Below, piece after piece: positions 1 through 10,832 of a stretch of DNA of 24,403 nucleotides. The position numbers and the translations under genes are program-made. The stretch is from NCBI GenBank assembly GCA_004431415.1, contig QPMI01000171.1:1-24403 (forward strand), written 5' to 3'. Under the pieces are notes generated by a model that was given only the letters and a program-made list of their open reading frames with translations, searched no databases and had not been told where the DNA came from. Each line of letters opens with the position of its first letter. Within the stretch, counting starts at the first letter, position 1. The DNA is from Cyanophora paradoxa CCMP329. Taxonomy: Eukaryota; Plantae; Glaucophyta.

Positions 1-638
1 CCCTGCGCCTGGTCCCTCTCGCTCCCCGCCCCTGCGGCCCGCCCTCCCCCGCCCTCACGCGGCACCCGCAGGGATCCGCATTGCAGGCGGGATCATTCAG
101 CCCGCTGCTGGGCGGGGCGGAGGCCGCCGCGGAGCCGCCGGTGTCCCGCCGCGGGGGGCGGCGGCGGTGAGCCCGCCGCGGGAGGCGGGCGGAAGCGGGC
201 GCGGGAGGCCGAGGCGGAGGAGGAGGCGCCCGCGCACGTGGCGCGTAAAAGGCCGCCTCGAGAAGATCATCGGCGGCTTCGAGGTCCGCCCCGCACCCCC
301 GCCCGGCCCGCCGCCCGCCCCGCCCGTTGAAACACTGCGGAGCGCAGGTGAAGACGGAGGCGGGGAGGCGGTGTGCGTGCCGCCGGAGCTGGCGGCGGCG
401 CACCCCTTCCGGCGCGGGGACGCGGTGGAGGGGGAGGCGACCCAGGGGCCCCCCTCCCCGGGAGGCACCGCCCCTGCCCCGCCTCCTCTCCGTCCTCCCC
501 CACACCCCCAAGGCCGCGCCCGCTGACGCCCGCGCTCGCCTTTCTTTCGGCACAGAGACACGCGTTTACATCGCGGGCGCGAGCGCTCACGGGGCGGCGG
601 AAGCCGGGCCGGCGCCGAAGGAGGGGGCGAGGGGGTAG
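1..638 (+). CDS. 3' end of a spliced gene, hypothetical protein (possible OB-fold-like C-terminal segment); 5'-truncated by the window
   Basis: Acceptor CTCAC..CGCAG at ~70; intron ~283-347 joins TWRVKGRLEKIIGGFE|VKTEAG(E)AVCVPPELAAAHPFRRGDAVEGEATQG (1-nt indel needed); GC-AG intron 465-555 with CTGAC branch joins to ETRVYIAGASAHG..EGARG*, stop 636-638. The fold guess is inference. Confidence 0.5.
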
Positions 639-2730
639 CCCTGGACGGGGTCAGGGGCGCGGGAGGGGCGGGGCGAGCGGGGGACCTCGCGGGGCACGGC
701 GCGCAGCGGGCCCAGCCCGCCCCGCTCCGGTGCCTGCGCGGGGCGTGGCGGCGCGGGGGCGGGGGAGGGCCGGCGGGGCGCACGCCGGGGCCGTGGGGGC
801 CTCGGCCCCGTTGAGGGCGATGAATCCTCGTAGGCCCGCGCCTGCACGCGCCGCGTCACTGGCGGCATGCCGCGGGGGGAGCAAGGAGAGGCGGGGGCCG
901 GCCTTGGCCTCGTGGGCGCGGGCGGCGGGGCCCCAGGGCTCCTCCGGGGCGCTGGCGTGCCAGGGGGCCCCCGCGCTGGCGTAGCGCTGCCAGAGGCGCT
1001 CGCGGGCGATCTCGAGCGCCTCCTCGTCGCTCATCCCCTCGGGGATCTCGATCGTGAAGCCGGCGCCCGTCGCCACCGCTCCCGCGCCGCGAACCCCGCC
1101 CCCAGCCCCGCCGCTGCCCACCAGCGCAGCGTCAGGGGCCAGAGAAGGATGCGTGCGGGGGGCGGGAGGGGCGGACGGCCGGCGGCGCGGAGGGCGCGCT
1201 GGGTGGCGGAGAGGGGCGGCGGGCGGGGCGGGGCGGCTGGCCGAGGCCGCCCCCGCGAGGCCGGCCTCCGCCAGCGCCGCCATCTGCGCCCCTCAGCCGC
1301 CGGGCGAGGCCCGAGGGGCGGGGTACCGGGGGTCCTCCTGCGGCACCACGAGTACCGCCCCGCGATCTGCCCCGCCCGCTCCAGACGGCCCGCGATGTGC
1401 GGGGGACGGGGGAGCGCACCGGCGTGGCGGACGTCGGGCGGGAAGGGCGCCGCGAACCGCTCCACGAACTCTGCCTCCCGCAGCCCGCTCCCTTCGAAGC
1501 ATGGAGAGGATGAGACGGGCCGGACAGGCGGGAAGAAGAACTGGCGCACTGGCCGTAACGGGCGCGGGGCCCGCCGCCGTACTCGGCGTGCGGTGCGGCG
1601 CCGCTGCTCGAGCCGCTGCCGCAGCACCTCCGCCGCTGCCGCCCCGCGTCGGCGCGCCGGCGGGAGGTTGCGAGGCCGGGCGGGGCGGGGCGGGCCGTGC
1701 TGGAGGGAGAGGCCGTCGGGGACGACGACCTCCCAGCCGTTGCTCGTCGCCACCACGTCCGATGCCCGCCTGCCCGCCCGTCACGAGGGGAGCCCGCGCG
1801 GGCGGCCTGCGCGGCGTCTCACCGCTTGGCGTCGCGGACGGCGGCGAGCGGGTCCTTCGGGGCCCGCAGCTCCCCCGCGAGGGCCTCCAGGTCCACCCCG
1901 GCGCCCCCCGCGGCCGCCCCCCGCCCGGCCCCGCCGAAGGTCGGGCCCTCGCCGCCCGCCCGAGGCCGCCCCCCGCCACCCCCAGCGTCGCGTACTCCGC
2001 CCACTGCCCCCGGCACTGCTCGCTCGGCCCCAGGCGGCGCGCTGGGGCGGGGCGCGGGGCGCACGGGGGAGGATGCCTCGGGCACGACGAGCAGCGCGTA
2101 CGGGTCTGCGGGGCCCGCCGCGTCGCACCCGCGGCCGACGCTCCCTGGGGCATCGGCGCGCACTGACGCCGGAGAGGTCGACGGGCGCCGCCGCCGCGCG
2201 TCCCGTTCCGACGCGCTCCACGAACTCCGCCATCGCCTGCGCCTTCATCCTGCGCCCGCGTCGGCACCGTCGTGCGGGGCGGGAGGCCCCGAGCGGCCGC
2301 GCGGACTCGTGGTAGCGGGCCCAAAGGCCGCCCCCGAACTCGAGCTCCTTGTGCGCGTCGCCTCCCGCTGCGCGAGCCGCCCCCGACACACCTCCGCCGC
2401 TGCGCAAGGCCCGCGTCAGCTCAGCCGAGCCGGCAGCGCGGCGGAGCGGCGAACCTTGCTCCGCGCTCATCTCCCGCCCGCCCTCGCTCAGCGCGAGGAC
2501 CTGCGGCCGCTCGGCAAGGCGCGCAAGGGCAGCGGCGCTCGCGGGAGGGACGTGTGAGCGCTCTCAGCGCGCCTGGAACCCGTTCGAAGCGCGGTGCAAG
2601 AGCGCGGAGCGCCTGCGAACGACGTTTGTTTCGGCGCGGCGGACCAGGCGCATCATACCGCTCGCACACACCGTTGCAGGTCTGCGATCAGCGCGCGGCC
2701 GGTCGGGGAGCCGCCGGATGCGTTCGACAT
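587..2730 (-). CDS. Multi-exon hypothetical protein, no family recognised
   Basis: ATG at 2730 (MSNASGGSPTGRALIADLQR), several canonical minus-strand introns, and coding-like segments HKELEFGGGLWARYHESAR, PYALLVVPE, VDLEALAGELRAPKDPLAAVRDAKR, VATSNGWEVVVPDGLSLQH, EAEFVERFAAPFPPDVRH, FTIEIPEGMSDEEALEIARERLWQRY. Last intron 641-685, last exon GYPLAPSFGAGPASAAP* (stop 587-589). Many indels. Confidence 0.6.
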
Positions 2731-2816
2731 TGCGCTGAGCTGGGTATGCGATTCGCGGCGCGAGAAGCGGCGGCGCGGCTATCGATGGCACGAATTTGAA
2801 CGCGCCCGGGGCTCGA
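2731..2816. promoter_or_regulatory. Very short divergent (bidirectional) promoter region
   Basis: 86 nt between the inferred ATGs at 2730 (-) and 2817 (+); contains CGAATTTGAA (2791-2800). Confidence 0.5.
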
Positions 2817-5800
2817 ATGCGCTGTCTGCAGCTGATAGCAGCGCTGGCGGTGCTCGCAGCCGCAATCAGCGCAACGGGGTGAACGCGCTGCAGTTCAACC
2901 TGACGCAGTCGGAGTGGATCGAGCTGACGTTTCCCGGCGTGCGTTCCCGACGTGTGCCCGCGCTGCCGAGGCTGCACATGCTGACGGCGAGCGCGCAGTG
3001 CCCGTGCCTCGTATCGTTCGAGCTGCAGGCTGATGCCGCGGACGTGCGGCTCGCGCGCGGTGGCGAGCGGCGCTGCGAATCTGTCCTGGAGCGGAGAAGG
3101 GCTGCTCCAGGCGCGCGCAGATGCGGCCGTCGACGGGGATGAGCTGAGGCTGGCCTTCGGGGCGGATGCTGCGGGCGCCGGCGTGTCGCTCTCCAGCGCG
3201 CGTCACGGGGCGAAGCGCGCCGCTGGCGGAGGTCGAGGCGGCGCACGCGCCCGCCAGCGCCGGCCGCTGGCTGGCCCCCGCCCCGCGCATCCGGTCCGAC
3301 GCGCCGTTCCTGGAGGCGCAGGCGCCGGCGCGGCGCCCCGGAGCCGAGCGCCGCGCGAGCCTCATGCGGCGGCTGTTCGGGGGCGGGGCGACGGCGCGGC
3401 CCTCGCCCTCGCCGGAGGGGGCGGAGGAGCAGGGGCGGGCGGGGCGTGGGAGGCGGGGAGCGGGCGGCGGGGCGGGCCGCCTCGCGGAGGCGGCGTCGCT
3501 CTACGAGGCGGCGGGCGACTTGGGGCGCCCACCCCGCCGCCCTCCCGGCGGGCCGGCCGAGCGTACTACGCCGCCGCCCTCCTCCGGCGCTTCGCGGGGG
3601 CGCGGCGGCGAGGGCGGCGGCGGCCGTGCTGCTCCGGCCGCGCGCTGCTGGCGGACCCGTCCCACGACGGGGCGGCCAGGCGCTCGCCGGGGCGCAGGGG
3701 GCGACCCTGGTCCGGGCGCCGGGGGCGGCGTGGTGGGGACGGAGGAGGCCCTCGAGGTGGCGGCGCGCCAGGCGGCGTGGCGGCCGCCGCGCCCGCGCCG
3801 ACCACTTCCTCGACCTCTGCCGCGCCGGCCGCCCAGGCCGCCCCGCCCTCCAGCGCCCGCACCTTCTCCTTCTAGCCTCACGCGGCGGGGCAGGCGCGGC
3901 GGCAGGAGGCGGTGGAGGCGGCGTGCGCGATCGCCGAGGAGCTCGAGCCGCGCCTCGAGGAGACCACACGCTGGTTCCGTGGCGCGGCCCCTTCCCCCGC
4001 TCGCCACGCCCCGGCGTACGCGGCTCACGGGGCGCGGCGGGGGCGCAGGCGGGGCGGCGACATCGACAGGGGACGCCGCGGCGGCCGCCCGCCACTTCTC
4101 CCGCCTCCGCGTGCGTCCCCCGCCCTCCTGCCCGCTGCTTCCCTCAAATCGAGGCGCCTGTGCAGGAGGTGGCGCGGGAGCCGAGCACGCGCGCCGTTGC
4201 CGCCTCGGGCCGCCTCCTCGCCCTCTCCCGCGCCCTCGTCTGGGACTCCTGGGACGAGGCGCGCGCCCCGCCGCCTCGCCCGCCGCTGCTGCTCGGGCTG
4301 ACGGACGGCAGGCGGTGGCGGAGGCGCTGAGGGCGTCGCGTGGCTCCTGGCGCAGCCCGAGGCCGCCGCCGCCTCCGCGCCCATCACCCCCTGGTGGTCC
4401 GCCCCGGCCCTCTCTCCAGCGCTTCCGCGCCGACGGGGTGGGCAGGGCGATGTCGCTGCCGCTGCCGGCGGCGGCCAAGCGCGCCGCCCTCGTCCGCTCC
4501 GCCCGCTTCCTCCTCCGCCAGGTCGCCGCCGCCGGCCACGCCGCGCCTTCCGGCCCCGTCCGCGCTCCTCCCGCCGGCCGCCCCTCCGGCCCGCCCGCCT
4601 CCGCATCGCCTACTACAGCTCCTATCTCGGGTGCGCCCGCCTCCTTCCGTCTGTCAGGGCCTCGGCGCTCATGGCGGCGCAGGAAACCTCGATGGGATGG
4701 TCCTGGCGGCAGGTCTTCGGGCTGCAGGACCGGAACCGCGTGGAGATCTACGTGTACAACCGCTGGGAGGGGCTCGGCCTTGGCGACAGCCCTGTGCTGC
4801 GCGAGGTCGCCGCCGCCGCGGCGAAGCAGTACGACGTGCGGGGCTGGAGCGCGCGGCGCATCGCCGAGCAGATCAACACCGACGGGGCGCACGTCCTCGT
4901 CCACCTCGACTTCTGGACCGCCGTCCGCCCCGCCCCCCCCCCCCCCCCCCCCCCCCGTCCACTCCCGCCGCACCTCACCCGTGCCCCTTCTCGCAGGGTG
5001 ACTCCCCGAAATTTCGGCGCTGCGGCCGGCCCCCGTGCAGCTCCACTCCACCATCGGCTCCACCGGCGCTCCCTTCTTCGACTACCTGTACCCCGCCCCG
5101 CCGCCCGCTGCGCGTACCCCAGCGAGAGGGGGGGCGGCAGGTTTGGGGACCGCGTGTCGACGGCCCCCGAGGCGGCCCTCGGGGAGCTCTCGGAGAAGGC
5201 CCTCGTCCTCCCTCCCCCGCTCTCCATCGCCATGAACAGGCCCGCCCCGCTCTCGGCATCCGTTCCCCTGCTTCTGACGAGGGTGCAGCCTACGGAGCAT
5301 ACTCTCCAGCGAGGCGCTGCAGCAGACCTCCCGTGAGGAGGAGGGGCTACCCCCCGGGGCCCGCGTGCTGGCCGTCCACCATCGGTCCGCCCCCGTACCC
5401 CTCCATCCCCGCGCGCCCCGCGAGCGTACCCACCCCCACCAGACCGTGAAGCTGTACCCCGAGCTCATGGACGTGCGCCCTGCCGGGCCTCTCTGCTCGC
5501 CCCGGCCCGCCTGAGCTGCGTGGCGGGGCAGGTGTGGGGGAACGCGCTGCGGCGGTCGCCGTCGTCGGTGCTGTGGATGCTGGAGGAGCTGCAGCTCGAC
5601 GTGGCCCCCGCGGCCGGCGCGCACTCGCCGCCCGTGGCCTCCCCGCCTCCCGCCTCCTCTTCGCCCCGCGCCGCCCGACGTCGTCGCCCAGGCCGCCCCG
5701 GCCCCCGCCGAGGCCCGCGCCCCCGCGCTGATCGGGGCCGCGGCAGGCGCGGCGCGCCGCCCTCGCCGACCTCTACCTCGACACGCCCTCGTGCGCACCC

Positions 5801-6344
5801 CCTCCTTTCGCCCCTTCCCGCCCCCAACACCGCCCCGCGCAGTACAACGGCGTGACCACCCTCCTCGACTACCTCTTCGGGTACCCACGCCCCGGCAGCG
5901 TCCCCATCTCCACACCGCCCCCTCACCGCCCCCGCAGCGGGGTGCCGGCGGTGACGCTGCGGGGCGACTCCATCTCCTCCCGCGTCGCCTCCGCGTGCGC
6001 CCGTGACGGCACCCGGCCGGCCCGCACCCAGCCGCGCCTCGAGCTCACCTCCGGGGCGCAGGATGTGCACTCGGCTCGGGGGCGCCAGCTGCGAGGTGGA
6101 CGGGCGCAGGAGGCAGCGCGGCTGGCCCGCCCGGGCGGGCCCCGTGGCGCGCAGCCTGAAGGCGTACGAGGACTGGCCGCCCTGGGGCCCGGGCCCTGCC
6201 GCGGGGCCGCGGGCCGGCGCGCGCTCTTCGAGACGGCGGCGTGGCGGCCGGCCTGGACGCCGCCCTCGCCATGGCCGCCGACCTCGCGCCGCCGGCGAGG
6301 CCCCCGCCCACCTCATCCTCGCCGCGGCGGCCCCCTCCGACTGA
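2817..6344 (+). CDS. TPR-like repeat + glycosyltransferase family 41 (O-GlcNAc transferase/SPINDLY-like) protein with predicted N-terminal signal peptide
   Basis: Reconstructed exons match OGT catalytic lobes: RLRIAYYSSYLG|ETSMGWSWRQVFGLQDRNRVEIYVY; ARRIAEQINTDGAHVLVHLDFWT; ALRPAPVQ..STGAPFFDYL; TSREEEGLPPGARVLAVHH..VKLYPELMD|VWGNALRRSPSSVLWML; LADLYLDT..YNGVTTLLDYLFG|GVPAVTLRGDSISSRVAS; ALFETAAW. N-terminus MRCLQLIAALAVLAAAISATG. TPR-like helices at ~3470-3790. Confidence 0.9.
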
Positions 6345-6448
6345 GATGCAGGCTAGATGGCTCTAGGTAGGGTAGTGACAGTTCTCGTATGCTTTTTCGT
6401 CAACGTTCAGTGCGATCGAATTCGCAAGCCGCTGAAGCCTCGGTCAAG

Positions 6449-6504
6449 CTTGAGGCTTGAGGCTTGAGGCTTGAGGCTTGAGGCTTGAGGCTTGAGGCTT
6501 GAGG
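6449..6504. repeat. Heptanucleotide microsatellite (CTTGAGG)x8, followed by degenerate GCTTGA units to ~6536
   Basis: Eight perfect units counted directly, in the intergenic region ~90 nt upstream of the VIT-vWA ATG. Confidence 0.95.
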
Positions 6505-6591
6505 CAGAGGCTTGATACGAGCTTGAGCTTGAGCTTCGTTCGCCTTCGTACGGACCTGAGGCGCTGAGTCGTACGGGCTGAGCCGAGCGCC

Positions 6592-9513
6592 ATGCTCTCC
6601 GCGCGGCCGCCCATCGGCCTCATTCCATCCGAACCGGCGAGAGTGATCCTCTGCATCGGCATCTAGTCCGCCCACAGCGAGCGTTAACCGCATGGCGTCC
6701 GAGAAGGCCCCGAGCCCGCTGCGGGCCGTGTACGTGACGGGAACCATCGACACCTTCTTCAGCGACATCTCGAGTGCGTGCTGGTTGCTGCCAGCGCTCC
6801 TCCATGCGATCAAGCACTGACGGCGGCCCGCGCCCCGCGCAGTCCGGCAGGTGTACAAGAACGAGAGCGCGGGCCCGATCGAGGCGGTCTTCCGCTTCCC
6901 GCTGCCCGAGGGCGCGGCGGTGATCGGCTGGGAGGCGCGCGTCGGCGACCGCCGCATCGCCGGCGTCGTCCGCGAGCGGGAGAAGGCCGTGCGCTGCCCG
7001 CCCGCCCCCCGTGCTCGCCCGCCCGCGCCGCCGCTCAGCGTCGCTGGCGCAGGCGGAGGAGTACTCGGCGGCGATCGCGGGCGGGCACGGGGCGTACCTC
7101 CTGGAGCGGGAGGCGCCGGACGTGTTCACCGCGAGCGCGGGAACCTGCTGGCGGGGCAGGAGGCGGAGCTCGCGCTCTCGTACGTGTGCGAGCTACCGAT
7201 GACGGCGGACGGGGCGGCGCGCTTCACGCTCCCCACCACGATCCCGCCAAGTACACGCCGGCGCGCACCGCCCCCGAGGAGGCCGCCGCCGTCAACCCCT
7301 CAGCGTCGCCCTCACGTGCGGCCCGCGCCTCCCCGCCCGCCCGCCGCCCGCCGACGCCCGCGGCCCGCCGGCGCGCGCAGGTGCCGTACGCGATGAGCCT
7401 GGAGCTGCACGTGGTGGCCCCGCGCCCATCGCCTCCATCGCCTCCCCGACCCACGCCCCCGACCTCGGTCCGCCCGCCCGCCCCGGACCCGCGCCGCGCG
7501 CCGGCCGACGCGGGGCAGAGGTGACGGTGGCGGGGCGGGAGGGCGGGTGCGGCTGGCGCGGGCGGTGCCGATGGACGGGGCGCTGGTGCTCGAGGTGGCG
7601 CACGCGGCGCCGCGCGCCCCGCACGCCTGGGCCGAGCGCGCCGAGGACGGCTCCGCCTGCCTCGCCCTCTGCCTCTGCCCCGAGTTCGAGGCGGGGGCGC
7701 CGCCGGCCCCCGGCGAGTTCCTCTTCCTCGTCGACCGCAGCGGCTCGATGGCCGGCTCGAAGATGGAGCAGACGAAGAACGCGCTGCAGATCATGCTGCG
7801 CGCGCTGCCCCCGGGCTCCGCCTTCGACCTCGTCGGCTTCGGCTCCTCCTTCCGGCGCCTCTTCGCCGCCCCGGCGCCCTACGGCGACGCCAGCCTCGCC
7901 GAGGCGGCCCGTGCCGTCGCCGCCCTCCAGGCCGACCTCGGCGGCACCGAGCTGCTCGCCCCGCTCCGCGCCCTCCTCGCCGCCCGGCCCCGCCGGCCGG
8001 CCCCGCCACCTCTTCCTCCTCACCGACGGCGAGGTCAGCAACACGGAGGAGTGCATCGCGGCGGTGCGGGCGGCCCCCGCCGGCACGCGCCTCTTCGCCC
8101 TCGGATCGGGGCCGGGCGTCGGAGCACCTGGTGAACGGGCTCGCGCGGGCGGGGCGTGGGCACGCGGCCTTCATCGCGGACGGGGAGCGGGTGGAGGGGG
8201 CGGCGCTGGGGCAGCTGCGGCGCGCGCTGCTGCCAGCGCTCGCTGAAGCGGCTCTCGACTGGGCCTCCCCGGCGCCGCGCAGGCCCCGCCGCCCTCCCCG
8301 CCGCCGCCCGCGGCGAGCGCCTCCTCGCCTACGCCCTCCTCCCGCCGGCACGGGGCCCTCCCCGCCTCCGTCACCCTCACCGCCCGCGGCCCCGCCGGCC
8401 CCGTCGCCTTCTCCGTGGCCGTGCCCCCCGGGGCCGGCGGGCGGGTGACGGCGCTGGCGGCGCGGGCGGCGGTGCGGGAGCTCGAGGAGGCCCCCGACGG
8501 GGCGGCGGCGCGGCGGCGCATCCTCGAGCTCGGCCTGCGCCACTCGCTCGCCACGCGCGAGACGGCCTTCGTCGCCGTCGAGCGCCGCGACGGTGCCGCC
8601 CCGCCCACGAGCCGGCCCGCCTCGCCCTCGTCCCTCCATGCCCCTCCGCGTCCGCCCGCCCCGCCCCGCCCGCCCGAGCGCCGCACGAGCGCCGCCGACG
8701 CTCCGCCTCGCGCAGGAGCGGGAGCGGGAGCGGCCGGCGCCGATGCCGCAGGCGTGCATGCGCATGGCGCGCTGCCGGAGGGCCGTCTCGCCGCCGGCGG
8801 CGATGCTGGCGGTGGACGCGGTGATGCTGCAGGAGCAGTGCGAGGAGCTCGAAGTGGAGGCCGCCGAGTTCAAGCGCTCCGCCGCCCGTTTGAAGCGCTC
8901 GGACGCCCACTGCCGCACCCTTGTCCGCGCCACCTCGTCTGCCCGCCCAAGGCGCCCCGGCCTCGCCGGCTCAGCCGCCGCCGCCTCGCCTCCGCCGTCG
9001 CCGTGCGCCCCGCCCCGCGCGCCCTCTCCGGCGCGCCTGACCCGCGGCGCCGGCGCAGTCCGTCGGCGGCCTCTTCCGCAAGAAGGAGAGGGGCGCCGCG
9101 GGGCCCCCGAGCTCGAGCCCGGCCGCGAGCCCGGCGGCGGCGCGCGCCGAGCTCAACCGCGGGACGCCCGCGGCGCGGAGGAGGCGGCGCCGGGCGGCCG
9201 CGGGGGAGGGCGGCCGGCGGCACGACGCGGTGCTCGCCCTGCAGGCCGCCTCGGGCTTGTGGGCCCTCACCCGGCCCTCGCCGCCGCCCTCGGCGCCCGC
9301 TCGCCGCCCTCGCCGCCGCCGCCCCGCGGCGGTCCCCGAGGCGGTGTGGGGCACGCTGCTGGCGCTCGCCTTCTCGAGGCGGCCTGCGGGGCGCACCGCG
9401 AGGAGTGGGGGCTCTGCGCCGACAAGGCCCGCCGCGCCCTCGACGCCCTCGGCGCCGCCCCCGCCCCGCACCGCCTGGGGCCCCGCCGCGCCGCCGCCGT
9501 CTCCGCCGCCTGA
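6592..9513 (+). CDS. VIT + von Willebrand A domain protein (VWA5A/BCSC-1-like)
   Basis: VIT: PLRAVYVTGTIDTFFSDI..VYKNESAGPIEAVFRFPLPEGAAVIGWEARVGDRRIAGVVREREKA..AYLLEREAPDVFTASAGNL. vWA MIDAS: FLFLVDRSGSM, ADLGGTEL, LFLLTDGEV. C-terminal ILELGLRHSLATRETAFVAVE, LALQAASGLW, WGTLLALAF, EEWGLCADKARRAL. Alternative start ATG at 6692. Confidence 0.92.
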
Positions 9514-10358
9514 TCATTATGGCATGAGCCCGCTTATCGAATCTAGAAGGCCGCTGGTCGCGCTGCGGCAAGCTTAAGCCCCGCCTCTCAAGTTCGTACA
9601 TGTACAGCCAGCAATCTAATCAGAGCTTGAACTTTGGAAATCAAGCTTACTGGTTTTTAGTTGTAAAATTAGAACCATGGCCAGCCTGGCAGCCTGGCAT
9701 GCGCAGCTGCAGTGCCACGGTGAGGCAGTTTTATTTTCAGCTAGGCTTCCGAGTTCAAGCGGCCCGGCCCGGCGGCCCGCGGTTTCGAATTTTCATTTTA
9801 GGCCTGAGGGCACAAGATGACCGTGGCGTTGGTACTGCGGCACTGAGGCATTTTTTTATTCAGTACGGTACGTGTGAGTCGATAATGTATCGGACAGTCG
9901 TGGCGTGCGTGATCATGACCGTGGGCGTGCGTGATCATGACCGTGCCGCAGTGCACGCGATGTACATGTACATGTCACGTGCCGGTTGCGATGTCATCAG
10001 ACTCTGAGAGCGCAATATTAATTCGCGATCGAGTCTATTGCAAGCTTTAAAGGCGAGCGCTAGCGCAAGGCGAGCGCATGTTGACCGTTGAGGCGAGCGC
10101 AGGTCCAGCTTTAGCATGAGGCCAAGGCTCCGTCCAGCATAAGGTCCCCATTGCAATGCAACGGCCTAGGCCTGAGCGCTAGCGAAAGCGTATTGTTGCA
10201 TCGCAGGCCCGGGGAGCAGCTCCGCATACGCGCGCACCGATCGATCGAGTGGACGTATACGTACGCGTGGCCATATGCATGCGCCGGCCCGGCCCAGGAC
10301 GTCGACGTAGAGCCACGGCCTCTAGATCTAGATCTGCGAGCTCGGCTCCTCGAGCTCG

Positions 10359-10824
10359 GCCTCTGCGCATGCGGCCGCGCGGCGCCGATCACGTGCACGC
10401 GTCGGGCTGATATAGCTTCGGGCTGTGCAGCAGCGCCTCGGGCTTCGGGCTGTGCAGCAGCGGGAAGGGCTTCGTACCAGCTGCAGTGCTCGGCGCTTCG
10501 CCTGCTCTCACTGCTGTGCTTTAGCTGCTCTGCTGCGTCACTCGCTTGCAGACGCCCATCGCCCGGTGGAATTCGAAGGACGCGGAGCGGTTCTCTGAAG
10601 TAGACTCGCCGGGAATCGAAGTAAAGGGGGGGAGGAAGCTGGAGGGGAGGAGCCACCAGGGACGGGTACCGCACCAAGTTAGTGCACCGCCAGTCGGTAA
10701 AGAACTGCGGACTGCGCAGTCAACAGGTCTGCCTCTCCCGCAGCGCCCTCCCGCAGCCAGCTAGCTGTTACATTAGTAGCACTGCGAGGCCGTTACTGAC
10801 TGCGCCGCGCGTTGCCGTTGGCAG
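10359..10824 (+). promoter_or_regulatory. Upstream cassette copy 1 (putative promoter + non-coding exon + 5'-UTR intron 10727-10824) of the rhodopsin gene; paralogous to 19742-20160 (-)
   Basis: Colinear blocks shared with the reverse complement of 19742-20160, e.g. 10522-10571 vs 19988-19939 (41/50 ungapped) and 10603-10620 vs 19926-19909 (17/18). Intron has GT donor, ACTGAC branch and GCAG acceptor ending 8 nt before the ATG. Confidence 0.75.
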
Positions 10825-10832
10825 AATAAACG

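Noticed and set aside
4933-4956. Poly-C run of 24 nt
   Set aside because: Lies within a C-rich intron of the GT41 gene and its length is unreliable in this assembly.
97-9601. Long Pro/Arg/Gly/Ala-rich ORFs in the six-frame track (e.g. 3166-5001, 867-2315, 3501-5063)
   Set aside because: Artefacts of stop-codon scarcity at very high GC; the real coding segments are short spliced exons.
10111-10677. Similar peptides in ORFs 10111-10677 (-) and 19852-20256 (+) (YPSxxAPxLxLPPPxxFxSRRV) as a small paralogous protein family
   Set aside because: The similarity follows from the non-coding DNA repeat; the starts are non-ATG and indels between copies are not consistently multiples of three.
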